32,000 nt of DNA from Nitrosopumilus maritimus SCM1 (GCF_000018465.1 NC_010085.1:660001-692000), one strand, 5' to 3'; shown: positions 18,747 to 27,782, counted from the stretch's first letter. Numbers and translations are program-made. The notes: generated by a model from the letters alone, not told the origin.

Positions 18747-18977
18747 ATGTCTTTAAATGAGCAAGTTTCTAAAATTTTAGAAAACTTTGATAATACATCA
18801 TCAGAAGAAATTATTGATGTCTTAAAGCAAATTCAGCCTCAATTTAAGAGCAATTTGACATTAGAATACCTTGATGGAAAAATTCAGAAAATTGTGGATA
18901 TTGAAGATGAATCTGAAAAAAAGAAACAATGCAAAGCATTGACTCCTTACTTGGATTGGTATTTGCAAGGACTATAA
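18747..18977 (+). CDS. Hypothetical protein
   Basis: 76-aa ORF MSLNEQVSKILENFDNTSSEEIIDVLKQIQPQFKSNLTLEYLDGKIQK... Confidence 0.55.
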   Translation: MSLNEQVSKILENFDNTSSEEIIDVLKQIQPQFKSNLTLEYLDGKIQKIVDIEDESEKKKQCKALTPYLDWYLQGL

Positions 18978-18979
18978 TT

Positions 18980-19405
18980 TTATTCTGAAAATTCTTTTAT
19001 TTTCTTTAATGCTGTTTTTATGATCTCTATATCATTTTTTGCTGCTGCTAAATCCCCTACTAAATTCACAAAATATTCGTGACCTGTGTTTTGTGCTTTG
19101 TCAATATCTGATTCATAACACATCAGTGCTTTTTCAAAGAATGAAATTTCATTACTAAGATTTTGCATTGCTTGGATATCGTTAATACTGGTTTTGATCT
19201 TTTCAACCACTTCATCAATTTTTGGAACTGTTTTCATTGCTTGTTGATTCAAAACTGATGCAAACATGGCAGCAGAATCTTTTAGTTCTGGACTTTGTGC
19301 AATTGTACGTAATCTTTTTCGATAATGCTCTAGTGATTTTAATACAATTTCATATCCTCCCTCATCTTTTAGGAAAATTGCTCCCATCCACACTTTTTCA
19401 GCCAT
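18980..19405 (-). CDS. Hypothetical helical protein
   Basis: 141-aa ORF; the antisense ORF 19222..19434 is judged a shadow. Confidence 0.6.
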   Translation of the reverse strand: MAEKVWMGAIFLKDEGGYEIVLKSLEHYRKRLRTIAQSPELKDSAAMFASVLNQQAMKTVPKIDEVVEKIKTSINDIQAMQNLSNEISFFEKALMCYESDIDKAQNTGHEYFVNLVGDLAAAKNDIEIIKTALKKIKEFSE

Positions 19406-19478
19406 TACAAAAAGTGGTAGTTGTTATGATATAATTTAGTTGTCACAAGATCTTATGGTGATGTATTTTTTTTGAGAA

Positions 19479-19709
19479 TTATTCTCCTGAATCAAAATTT
19501 TCTTGAATTGGTGGTTGATTTCTACTAATAAGATATAACAAAATCCCTGCTACGCCTACACCTATTCCTGAAAGACCCACAAATGTTCCAATGTTTTTAA
19601 TTAATCTCAAAACAGGTTGTACTTGACCTATTTCAATTGAATAAAACATTACCAATCCTGCTAGAAACATCCCTCCTCCTATGAAGATCATTGATGTCCC
19701 TGCACGCAT
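19479..19709 (-). CDS. Small membrane protein (two TM segments)
   Basis: 76 aa with SMIFIGGGMFLAGLVMFYSI and IGTFVGLSGIGVGVAGILLYLIS. Confidence 0.65.
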   Translation of the reverse strand: MRAGTSMIFIGGGMFLAGLVMFYSIEIGQVQPVLRLIKNIGTFVGLSGIGVGVAGILLYLISRNQPPIQENFDSGE

Positions 19710-19819
19710 AATTTGTTGACAATTTTCTGATTAATAAATCACCTAAAATTTATGCGTGGGTAAATTTTTTTTAAAAAGTTATTTTTACTAGACTATGAGA
19801 AAATTAACCAAGGCCTGAT

Positions 19820-21301
19820 ATGTCACAATTGACTCTTTCCCAAACAATTGAAAATGTACAATCTCTGATTGATTCTGGAAATGGTGATCCTGGAAGATTA
19901 TATCACATACTAGAGTGTCTAAAAAATAATCGTCCACTATACCATTCTGATCAAAATTATCTTGAACAAAAACTAGAATCCTCATTTAGTCTCGAAGATG
20001 AATCAGAACCTGTTACTGGCAGTGATGTTCTGCCAAAAATACAAGAACTAATCAACTCAGGAAATGGTGATCCTGGAAGATTACAGCATATTTTTGACAT
20101 GATTTCAAATAACAAAACTCTGTATCATTCTGATGCTGCATATTTAGAATCAAAACTAAATGAACCTATTACTCCAAAATCTGCAGAGTATACAACAATT
20201 CATGAATCGCAACATACAGAAACAATCCCTCCTCCAAAACCTCAACCTGAAGTAAAACCCACACCTGAAGAAAAACCTGTGTCTAGAGGAAGTATGCCAA
20301 AAGGATGGAACTCTTCATTAGACTCTACAGAAATTGAAAAAATTTCTAAAGATATTCAAAAAGAAGAAGAAAAAATCCAAAAACAAAAATCAATTTCAAG
20401 TGAAATTGATGCGCACCGTTCAAAATTAACACAATTAGTATCTCATCGAAAAGAATACGAGCAAAAAGTAACTCAAGAAAAAGCAACATTAGAAGCACAA
20501 ATTCAAGAAGAACGTCTAAAAATTAAATCTCAGACAAAACTTTCTGAAGAAATTATTGCTCAAAAAGAAGAATTGGCTAAAGTGAAAAAAGAGCGAACTA
20601 ACATTATTAAAAATATTAATCTAGAAAAAACAAAAATTTCAAAAGAACTTGCACAACAAAAGCGCCAACTAGCTCAAGCACAATTAGAACAAGAGAAAAT
20701 AGAAAAACAAGTTGAAATTGAACAAACCCTGCTCACAAATATGATTGAAGAACAAAAATCACGCTTACTTGAACAAGCATCTATTGCAAATGAAATCAAA
20801 TCAAAACAAAGTGACTTGGAAAAAACTAAGAAAGATTACGAATTTATCGTTTCACAAGTCAATGAAGAAAAAGCAAAATTTGCAGAATCTGAAAAACTCA
20901 AGAATTTGATAAAATCTCAAGAGACAGATTTGATAAAAGCAAAAGAAGAACGTCTTACTTTGATAAACACCATCTCTAAAGAAAAAGAAGCAATAACCAA
21001 AAAAACTAATGAAGAAAAAGAACGTCTAAAATCTCAAGAAAACTTAGCAAAACAACTCAAAAAAGAAGAAAAAGTCTATGAATCACTTAAAAAGAAACGT
21101 GAAAAAACAGAACAACAAATTAAATTAAAGAATCAAAAATTAAAAGAAAAACAACAAAAGCTAAAAAAACAAATCTCTGAAAAAGACAAAAAACTCAAAT
21201 CATTAAATTCAAAAAAGACTACTGCCAAAAAACCTGCTAAAAAAACTACAAAAAAAGCAGTGACCAAAACTAAAAAATCTGTAAAGAAAAAATCATCTTA
21301 A
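19820..21301 (+). CDS. Long coiled-coil protein with duplicated N-terminal module and Lys-rich C-terminal tail
   Basis: 493 aa; duplicated GNGDPGRLxHI...LYHSDxxYLExKL module, about 270 aa of charged coiled coil, tail KKTTAKKPAKKTTKKAVTKTKKSVKKKSS. Confidence 0.85.
   Translation: MSQLTLSQTIENVQSLIDSGNGDPGRLYHILECLKNNRPLYHSDQNYLEQKLESSFSLEDESEPVTGSDVLPKIQELINSGNGDPGRLQHIFDMISNNKTLYHSDAAYLESKLNEPITPKSAEYTTIHESQHTETIPPPKPQPEVKPTPEEKPVSRGSMPKGWNSSLDSTEIEKISKDIQKEEEKIQKQKSISSEIDAHRSKLTQLVSHRKEYEQKVTQEKATLEAQIQEERLKIKSQTKLSEEIIAQKEELAKVKKERTNIIKNINLEKTKISKELAQQKRQLAQAQLEQEKIEKQVEIEQTLLTNMIEEQKSRLLEQASIANEIKSKQSDLEKTKKDYEFIVSQVNEEKAKFAESEKLKNLIKSQETDLIKAKEERLTLINTISKEKEAITKKTNEEKERLKSQENLAKQLKKEEKVYESLKKKREKTEQQIKLKNQKLKEKQQKLKKQISEKDKKLKSLNSKKTTAKKPAKKTTKKAVTKTKKSVKKKSS
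19877..20083 (+). repeat. Two-copy intragenic direct repeat (GGAAATGGTGATCCTGGAAGATTA at 19877-19900 and 20060-20083)
   Basis: 24-nt exact match in the two copies, 183 nt (61 codons) apart, in frame, underlying the protein-level duplication. Confidence 0.9.
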
Positions 21302-21910
21302 CTTTATTGTAATTTCTTCACCATTTCCTATTGGTGAAGTTATAGTTCTAACATTTTGAATTGCTTGTATGTGTGATGAATATTCTTTCATACTTTCTCT
21401 ATATTTTTCAGGATATAACATGTTGTCTGTAACAATTACTCCGCCTACTGATACCATGGGTAATATCATATCAAAATATTCAATAACATTTTCTTTATCT
21501 GCATCAATTAATACAAAATCAAAAAATACTTTGTAATCTTCATTCAAACTGAGTTCTTGTAAAATTTGCATTGCCAATCCTTCTTGAATTGCTATGTGTT
21601 CTGAAACATTTGCATTTTGAAAGTTCTCTTTTGCTCTTTGAATTTTTTTTGCATTTTGTTCTATTGTTATTATTTTTCCATTATTCTCAATAATTGCTTC
21701 AGCACACCATATTGTTGAATATCCTACCGACATTCCAACCTCTAGCATATTTTTTGCATTTTTTAGACGTATTAGCATATTGAGTAATTCTCCCGTTTCT
21801 TTTGTTATTGCTAACATTCTTTCATCAGATGAAACATTTACTTGTCTTGATTTTTCTAATGATGATTGTTTTTCTAATTTTTCTAAAACTTCGAAAATTG
21901 CTTTATTCAT
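21293..21910 (-). CDS. SAM-dependent O-methyltransferase (catechol/caffeoyl-CoA OMT-like)
   Basis: 205 aa: NMLEVGMSVGYSTIWCAEAI, GKIITIEQNAKKIQRAKENF, FDFVLIDADKENVIEYFD, GGVIVTDNMLY. Confidence 0.88.
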   Translation of the reverse strand: MNKAIFEVLEKLEKQSSLEKSRQVNVSSDERMLAITKETGELLNMLIRLKNAKNMLEVGMSVGYSTIWCAEAIIENNGKIITIEQNAKKIQRAKENFQNANVSEHIAIQEGLAMQILQELSLNEDYKVFFDFVLIDADKENVIEYFDMILPMVSVGGVIVTDNMLYPEKYRESMKEYSSHIQAIQNVRTITSPIGNGEEITIKLR

Positions 21911-22005
21911 TTTTCTGTGTTTGTGATATCTTATCCTTGTATTAGTATTCTAAGATCTAATTTCATCTTTATTAGATTATATTTGCCCCTAATTTTTCTT
22001 CTAAT

Positions 22006-22383
22006 ATGGCAGCAAAGAAAATCGATCTGCTTGATATTGTTCAAAAAATCATTAATTTGGATTCTAAAATGAGATTTGCTGCAATAATTGACCCTAAAGG
22101 AAACATCCGAGAGGCAATTATGAAGACAGGAAAAACAAACCTCAAATCTCAAAAAGAAGAAGAGCATTTCTGCAAACAAGTTGCCCAAAGACGTGCTATG
22201 AGAAAAGAATTTGATAGATCTTTAGGTAAAGTTCGTTATGTTCATGTTGAAAGAGAAAAAGTATCTCAAATGGTAGTTTATGCAAAAAGAAACATCATCT
22301 ATTTTACAATGGAACCTGAGATGCCAATTAACACCAAAATCAGACTAATCACAAAAATCAAAAAACTTACTGCAGGTCTTTAA
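22006..22383 (+). CDS. Conserved hypothetical protein (roadblock/LC7- or DUF6659-like)
   Basis: 125 aa: SKMRFAAIIDPKGNIREAIMK...MVVYAKRNIIYFTMEPEMPINTKIRLITKIK pattern. Family name from memory, not searched. Confidence 0.65.
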   Translation: MAAKKIDLLDIVQKIINLDSKMRFAAIIDPKGNIREAIMKTGKTNLKSQKEEEHFCKQVAQRRAMRKEFDRSLGKVRYVHVEREKVSQMVVYAKRNIIYFTMEPEMPINTKIRLITKIKKLTAGL

Positions 22384-22413
22384 GTTAATTTTGACTTTGG
22401 ATTTCTTATCCTA

Positions 22414-22770
22414 ATGACCTTTCAAAAATATCTTGGTGACTCAAAGATGTTTGAATATGACAAACATTATAGAAATTGTCAACAGTTTGATAAACCATTC
22501 ATTAAGGCAAAAATTAATCCTCACCATGGAAATTATTTTGTACAAATTGATTTGATGACTTGTAATTACAAATTCTCAAAAAATGATGAAGAAGAATTAA
22601 AAAAAATGGCTAATAATGAAAATGATTTTTTAGAATTAAATTCTGAGTCAAAATTAGAAGGGTTTAGTATTACTTCTGAACTTGCATGGTTTGACGGTGT
22701 ATCTTTGAAAAATCTTGATTCTTTTTGTAATGCTCTTTATGATTTAACTCAGAATTCAAAATCGAATTAA
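22414..22770 (+). CDS. Hypothetical protein
   Basis: 118-aa ORF, overlaps the convergent 68-aa ORF by 15 nt. Confidence 0.55.
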   Translation: MTFQKYLGDSKMFEYDKHYRNCQQFDKPFIKAKINPHHGNYFVQIDLMTCNYKFSKNDEEELKKMANNENDFLELNSESKLEGFSITSELAWFDGVSLKNLDSFCNALYDLTQNSKSN

Positions 22771-22962
22771 ATTTTTTAGTATCTTGTCTATCACTTTGAG
22801 TTCTTCTTTTCTTTCTTTAATTGTTGTTTCATTCCATTTTTTTACAAATTCTGATTTTTGGTCTAACTTTTCTAATTCTTGAATGTATTTTACAAGATGG
22901 ATTTTGTAATCATGTAACAAATCCAAATGCTTGTTGTGGTTTTTTTCTGTAGGTGTTGGCAT
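22756..22962 (-). CDS. Small helical/coiled-coil protein
   Basis: 68 aa, highly charged, alpha-helical periodicity. Confidence 0.5.
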   Translation of the reverse strand: MPTPTEKNHNKHLDLLHDYKIHLVKYIQELEKLDQKSEFVKKWNETTIKERKEELKVIDKILKNLIRF

Positions 22963-22964
22963 TT

Positions 22965-23198
22965 TTACTCATCTGTAATATCAGGAAACATCTCTTTAAT
23001 TCGTATCTTGTCTTTTTCCATAGCCTCTATTCTTTTTTCAAGGTGATTCTTAATAACTGGATTTTGTTCTTGTTTTTCTTCTTCTCTGATATCTGAAATT
23101 GTTTTTGCTAGTGATCTATAGTATTTGATATGATTTCTCTTAGATTCTTCTGATTTGTCTTCTTCTTTTACATCCACAAAGTGGTTAAATTTTTGCAA
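22965..23198 (-). CDS. Small coiled-coil protein ending RIKEMFPDITDE
   Basis: 77-aa ORF, 2 nt from the preceding ORF; C-terminus similar to ORF 28626..28817. Confidence 0.6.
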   Translation of the reverse strand: MQKFNHFVDVKEEDKSEESKRNHIKYYRSLAKTISDIREEEKQEQNPVIKNHLEKRIEAMEKDKIRIKEMFPDITDE

Positions 23199-23321
23199 AA
23201 TATGTACTTGATGCTCTTGACTATTTTCTAACTAATGATTATCCAAAATTACTCTCAATTTTAAACAAATTTTCAGATTTATTCCATTCTTGCTTTTATT
23301 TCCCTATTTTAATAATTTTTT

Positions 23322-23498
23322 ATGGTCAACATTAGATGTGATGAATGTGGCTTTGACTGCGATTATTTTGTAGAGGGGGAAATGGAGCAGGTAGTTTTTG
23401 CATATTGGAATCATATGGCAAAAGAACACGGAATAGAATATTCTCCTGAAACATTAGGCAGATATGTCAAAAAGAAGATTTTGGCAATCTCTTCCTAG
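23322..23498 (+). CDS. Small DUF1059-like metal-binding protein
   Basis: Not in the supplied track. Decoded: MVNIRCDECGFDCDYFVEGEMEQVVFAYWNHMAKEHGIEYSPETLGRYVKKKILAISS* (58 aa); CDECGFDCDYFVEG...HMAKEHG pattern. Confidence 0.8.
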   Translation: MVNIRCDECGFDCDYFVEGEMEQVVFAYWNHMAKEHGIEYSPETLGRYVKKKILAISS

Positions 23499-23546
23499 AA
23501 TTAACCAGTTTTAAAAATAGAATTAAGCTTAAAAATAAATTTTGTA

Positions 23547-23654
23547 ATGTATATCATGACATTTCCATTGGATTCTGTAAAGTCATGCCCCAAATGCGGC
23601 TGTGAATACTGTAAACTCAAAGTTTGCCCTGCATGTGGTCATGATTTGTCCTGA
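23547..23654 (+). CDS. 35-aa Cys-rich probable zinc mini-protein
   Basis: Decoded: MYIMTFPLDSVKSCPKCGCEYCKLKVCPACGHDLS* with CPKCGCEYC...CPACGH; A/T-rich TATA-like sequence 20-30 nt upstream. Confidence 0.6.
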   Translation: MYIMTFPLDSVKSCPKCGCEYCKLKVCPACGHDLS

Positions 23655-23693
23655 TAATTTTACACTAATATTGAAATCAAATTCAGTTCTATT

Positions 23694-23966
23694 ATGAAAA
23701 TTCTTGTAGATGAAAATCTAGATGGTATGGATGATCGTCTCAAAGAACATGGTTATGATGCATTAAGTGTGAGAAAACTTAACATGGCTGGAGAAAAACT
23801 TGGTTCTGATTTTTCAATAATACAATATGCTCAAAAAAATCACTTGATAATTGTCACAAAAGACAAAGAATTTCGTAAAGCAAGCGAAGAAAATGATTTT
23901 CCATTAATTCTTTTAGATGATGAAGAAATACTCAAAGTAATTATTGAAAAACTAAAAAAATTCTAA
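23694..23966 (+). CDS. DUF5615-type PIN-like domain protein (putative toxin family)
   Basis: 90 aa: MKILVDENLDGMDDRLKEHGYDALSV...DFSIIQYAQKNHLIIVTKDKEFRKASEENDFPLILLDDEE, with conserved DEN-L and TKDKEF acid positions. Confidence 0.8.
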   Translation: MKILVDENLDGMDDRLKEHGYDALSVRKLNMAGEKLGSDFSIIQYAQKNHLIIVTKDKEFRKASEENDFPLILLDDEEILKVIIEKLKKF

Positions 23967-24529
23967 TTGACATTTTTTGCATCCCTATGAGATATTCTCA
24001 AGTTTGCTAAAATTTCATTTAGAAACACATCTTCGGGTTGATGTGAAATGTTTGTCATGATTGCTTGCCAACAATCATCAATCTTTCTATTAATTTGTGG
24101 AAACATTTTGTCTTTTCTAAATGTGGGATAAAATGACAATAACTTCATGATTCCATCAGTTGACTGAACAATTTGGATTAAATGAATAATTGATCTTAAT
24201 CTTTCATGAAATGAAAGATTTTCTGCTTTACTAATGTTATCAAAATTTTCTATTTCTTCAAAAATCGTTTTGATTTCACTATGAAGGTTCTTTAATTGAT
24301 TATTTACTGATTCATACAAATTCACTAATTCATATTCAATGTGGGCTCTACTGTGAACTCTTTTTTCGATATCTCCAGACTCTACAAGAGCACTAATCTC
24401 TCTATACACTGTTTTTTCATTTCCAACTTTTTCCATGACTCTTTTGGCTAATTCTGTGCCTCTAATCCTTCCATTCTCGTTTAGAATTCTAATAATTTCG
24501 ATTCTGATAATTTCTGAATTTTTATCCAA
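23963..24529 (-). CDS. Winged-helix transcriptional regulator-like protein
   Basis: 188 aa: EIIRIEIIRILNENGRIRGTELAKRVMEKVGNEKTVYREISALVESGDIEKRV. Confidence 0.7.
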   Translation of the reverse strand: MDKNSEIIRIEIIRILNENGRIRGTELAKRVMEKVGNEKTVYREISALVESGDIEKRVHSRAHIEYELVNLYESVNNQLKNLHSEIKTIFEEIENFDNISKAENLSFHERLRSIIHLIQIVQSTDGIMKLLSFYPTFRKDKMFPQINRKIDDCWQAIMTNISHQPEDVFLNEILANLRISHRDAKNVN

Positions 24530-24538
24530 TGTTTTCTC

Positions 24539-24772
24539 CTATTTTTGATATTTTGCTATAACTTTGTCTTGACCCATCTCACTAATTTCTTTTGCCAGTT
24601 GTTCTAGAATATCTATTCCTTTTTTGATTGGTTCTTTTGGGATGTTTTTGTTTTCTAATTTTTGTTTTAGGACCATTTTTTCATTATTTACAAAACTAAT
24701 CAAAGGAACATTTTCTCCCATGTTTAGATTGATGAAAAAATCAATGTATTCTTCTGCCGTACCAATACCCAT
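24539..24772 (-). CDS. Hypothetical protein
   Basis: 77-aa ORF 9 nt upstream of the wHTH gene on the same strand. Confidence 0.5.
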   Translation of the reverse strand: MGIGTAEEYIDFFINLNMGENVPLISFVNNEKMVLKQKLENKNIPKEPIKKGIDILEQLAKEISEMGQDKVIAKYQK

Positions 24773-24847
24773 ACTAGAGGATTTCTTATCTGGTATTTGT
24801 TTGCACTCTGAATTAGATTAAAATAATTTTGAAGATTACCCTATTTC

Positions 24848-25111
24848 ATGGATTCTTGTGATCGACGTGTTCGAGCATACAAAAATGGCAAAACTCTTGA
24901 ACAATGCAAAGAAATAGCTGAATCTCTGAATCCTAAATTCAAAGATCATATTGAACAAAATGGAAGACTTCTTTGGTCTCAAATTTTAGAACAAGTTGAT
25001 CATGATGAATTAATCTACAAATTTACCCTGAAATTTTTGAGAAGAGATGGATATGATATTGGCAATCATAAACGTCCTCATGTGAAAAAATTTAATCATT
25101 GGTTTACCTAA
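24848..25111 (+). CDS. Hypothetical protein
   Basis: 87-aa ORF MDSCDRRVRAYKNGKTLEQCKEIAESLNPKFKDHI... Confidence 0.6.
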   Translation: MDSCDRRVRAYKNGKTLEQCKEIAESLNPKFKDHIEQNGRLLWSQILEQVDHDELIYKFTLKFLRRDGYDIGNHKRPHVKKFNHWFT

Positions 25112-25115
25112 AAAC

Positions 25116-25928
25116 TTAGATTTTACAGCTTCCATCTGGGTTACGTAATTTTTTTGCCATAATGTATGGTGTTGCTAACAATATTGGTATAGATACTGCA
25201 ATTAGTAATGTCTGTAATTGCGCTAATGCAAGTGATAGTGCAATTCCACTTGCTGTTCCAATAAATAATGAGAAAAACGTGCCTGCACAGGTTGGGCATG
25301 CAATGAATGCACCTACAACTGCACCTATTCCACTCATTCCGCTTCCTTGTTTAGAAAACGTGTATGCACTAACTGCAATTGATGTATTTAATCCAACTAA
25401 ATATGACACAATAATTTGTAGTACCAAATTGATTGGAATTATTTGTAATCCGATATGCTCAGTAAGATAGATGATTACTTTTGGCATGTATCCTAACTCA
25501 CCACAACACGGTGCGATAAACCCTGAAGGGATTTCTGCTCCATAATGTATTGAAAATGTAACTTCTGGTTGATACACTAGTGTTCCTGATACTAGTGCAA
25601 AAAATATTCCATACCCTACAAATGTTGCAACAAAAATTTTCCTTGATTTTTTATTCCATGTAATTAGTGCAATTATCGTTGAAAGATCTTTTTCATTTCT
25701 TTCAATTTTTCCTTTATGATATCTATACATTCCAAGTGCAATTGCTCCAAATGATGCAATTAATGCTACATAAAACAGGTATGCAATTCTTTGAATTGCC
25801 TCAATTGCGCTAGGTGTTAGTAACTCTGAATCTTGATATCTTGCATAAATAATGAATAATATTGCAATCGCAACAAATCCTATGACAATTAGTTTTTTGC
25901 CTTTGCTAATCGAATTTGATTGCTCCAT
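25116..25928 (-). CDS. Polytopic membrane protein of unknown function
   Basis: 270 aa, about six hydrophobic segments, FIACPTCAGTFFSLFIG motif inside a TM region. Confidence 0.8.
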   Translation of the reverse strand: MEQSNSISKGKKLIVIGFVAIAILFIIYARYQDSELLTPSAIEAIQRIAYLFYVALIASFGAIALGMYRYHKGKIERNEKDLSTIIALITWNKKSRKIFVATFVGYGIFFALVSGTLVYQPEVTFSIHYGAEIPSGFIAPCCGELGYMPKVIIYLTEHIGLQIIPINLVLQIIVSYLVGLNTSIAVSAYTFSKQGSGMSGIGAVVGAFIACPTCAGTFFSLFIGTASGIALSLALAQLQTLLIAVSIPILLATPYIMAKKLRNPDGSCKI

Positions 25929-25964
25929 AATGTCTCTGTTTTTGCCATGAGATTAAATTCTATC

Positions 25965-27782
25965 TTAACTTAATCTGGGCACAAAAATATAGATAATTGC
26001 AATTATCTCAAGCCTTCCAAATATCATTAAAAATCCCAAGACAATTTTTGTTGCAGGATCTGTATCTGAATCAATTACCCCTGCTGACAATCCTCCTGTG
26101 GTAATCACTCCTGCAGCCTCAAAGAATGCATCCTGATATGACACATCTTCAGTCTCAGCAAGATGCAATCCTGTTATTGCTGAGATTACTGGGAATAATG
26201 CTATGATGATTAATGTTGATGTAATCTCTTTTTTTGTTTGTGTTGAGAGTTCTTTTCTTCTTACACTGCTGAAAAATGATCTACAATTTCTGAGATGGAA
26301 TAATCTGAAAATTTTCAATCCTCCTGCAGTTGAAAATCCACACCCTCCAATGAACATCAAAGTTATCAAAATTGCATGTGCAAATCCTCCTAATCCTGCT
26401 AAACTTTGTAGTTGAAGACCTGCTGTGGTACTTGCAGAAACAGAATAAAATGCACTATCCAATGGGTCTAATCCGCTAATTGAGATAAACAATATTGTTG
26501 CGCCACCTAAAATTGCAAAGTATGTGAGAACTTCTTTTCCTAATTTTGGTGCAAGGAATTTCTTTCTTACAAATGCATAGTGGAATGTAAATGGTAATGC
26601 ACCAAGTATCATGGCTCCCATCAAAATTACTTCTTCTTGCCATCCTAAATTCTCAATGATTGTTGAAGACGGGACAAATCCTCCTGTTGCAAGTGTACTC
26701 ATTGCTAGCGAAAAGTCGTCTAATAGATTCTCTTGTCCAAAGAAATACAACAATATTGCAACAATGACAATGTATACTGCAAAGATGACTGTAATTGTTG
26801 AGAAGAGTTCTTTCATGTGAAGCGTCCTTCCTGAAATAAAACCTCTCATTGATTGTAATTTTGATTCTGGATAAAACGCTGTAATTACGAGGTAAATGAA
26901 ACTCATTCCTCCTACGAGTTGCGTGTAGCTACGATAGAATGTAAAACTTTGAGTAAGTTGTTCTTCAGGGGTATCAAATAGGGATATTCCTCCTGTGGTA
27001 AACCCTGCTGCACTTGAAAAGAATGCATTTCCAAATACCTCTACATTGGTCTCTTCACTTGGAAACACGTACAGATACGGTACAGTTCCAAACAAAGACA
27101 ACAAAAACAGGCTTGAAAACACCAATATCGACGCTTGCTGCAAATTCAGACTTGATTTTTCACCATATGAATTCAAAAAGAATCCTGTAACTAACAATAG
27201 AACCGTTGTAAGATAAATCCCTGTAGCAGTAAGTGTATTCTCTAAAATTGTAGAAATAATTGCTGGGACCAGTAACAGGACCCCTGCAAACTGCAAAACA
27301 AATCCTAAATTACCAAGTACTGCTTTTACTGGAGGACTCAATAATCGAGGTTCAGATGCAGTTGCATCTCTGATTACATTTGCAATAGTCGTTTGGAAAA
27401 TCATCCCAATGACTTGATTCTTTTTTGACAATACTGGTAATTTTCTAATACTGTTATCTCTCATTTTGTGTAATGCATCTTGCAGTGTTGCTTTTTCATT
27501 AATTGTGACAAGCGGAGTCGTCATGATGTCTTTTAATTTTGTAGCTTCCGCATATACTGTAACATCACTTACTTTACTTAGAATATCTTCATCTGTAACA
27601 ATTCCTACTGGCACTCTGTCTTCATTTGTAACAATAATGTCGTCTGTTTCATAATGTTGCAACATTCTTGTTGCTTCTCTTGTTAGTGTGTTCTGACTTA
27701 GAATCAGGACATCTTTGTCCATGTATTCAGTTACAGATTTGTTTAACACATATGAGACGGCGCGTTCTGGATTTGTCGACAT
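25965..27782 (-). CDS. trkH: TrkH-family potassium transporter with N-terminal CBS domain pair
   Basis: 605 aa: N-terminal tandem CBS (VLNKSVTEYMDKDVLILSQN...VGIVTDEDILSKV; LKDIMTTPLVTINEKATLQDALHKMRDNSIRKLPVLSKKNQVIG), then TrkH selectivity-filter segments (SSAAGFTTGG, STLATGGF, SASTTAGLQ, EAAGVITTGGLSAG). Confidence 0.93.
   Translation of the reverse strand: MSTNPERAVSYVLNKSVTEYMDKDVLILSQNTLTREATRMLQHYETDDIIVTNEDRVPVGIVTDEDILSKVSDVTVYAEATKLKDIMTTPLVTINEKATLQDALHKMRDNSIRKLPVLSKKNQVIGMIFQTTIANVIRDATASEPRLLSPPVKAVLGNLGFVLQFAGVLLLVPAIISTILENTLTATGIYLTTVLLLVTGFFLNSYGEKSSLNLQQASILVFSSLFLLSLFGTVPYLYVFPSEETNVEVFGNAFFSSAAGFTTGGISLFDTPEEQLTQSFTFYRSYTQLVGGMSFIYLVITAFYPESKLQSMRGFISGRTLHMKELFSTITVIFAVYIVIVAILLYFFGQENLLDDFSLAMSTLATGGFVPSSTIIENLGWQEEVILMGAMILGALPFTFHYAFVRKKFLAPKLGKEVLTYFAILGGATILFISISGLDPLDSAFYSVSASTTAGLQLQSLAGLGGFAHAILITLMFIGGCGFSTAGGLKIFRLFHLRNCRSFFSSVRRKELSTQTKKEITSTLIIIALFPVISAITGLHLAETEDVSYQDAFFEAAGVITTGGLSAGVIDSDTDPATKIVLGFLMIFGRLEIIAIIYIFVPRLS

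Noticed and set aside
19877-20083. 24-nt direct repeat considered as a mobile or recombination site.
   Set aside because: It is in frame and encodes the same residues (GNGDPGRL) in a duplicated protein module, so internal duplication explains it.
26203-27654. Plus-strand ORFs across the TrkH gene (26203, 26611, 26995, 27466).
   Set aside because: Shadows of the 605-aa CBS-TrkH frame.
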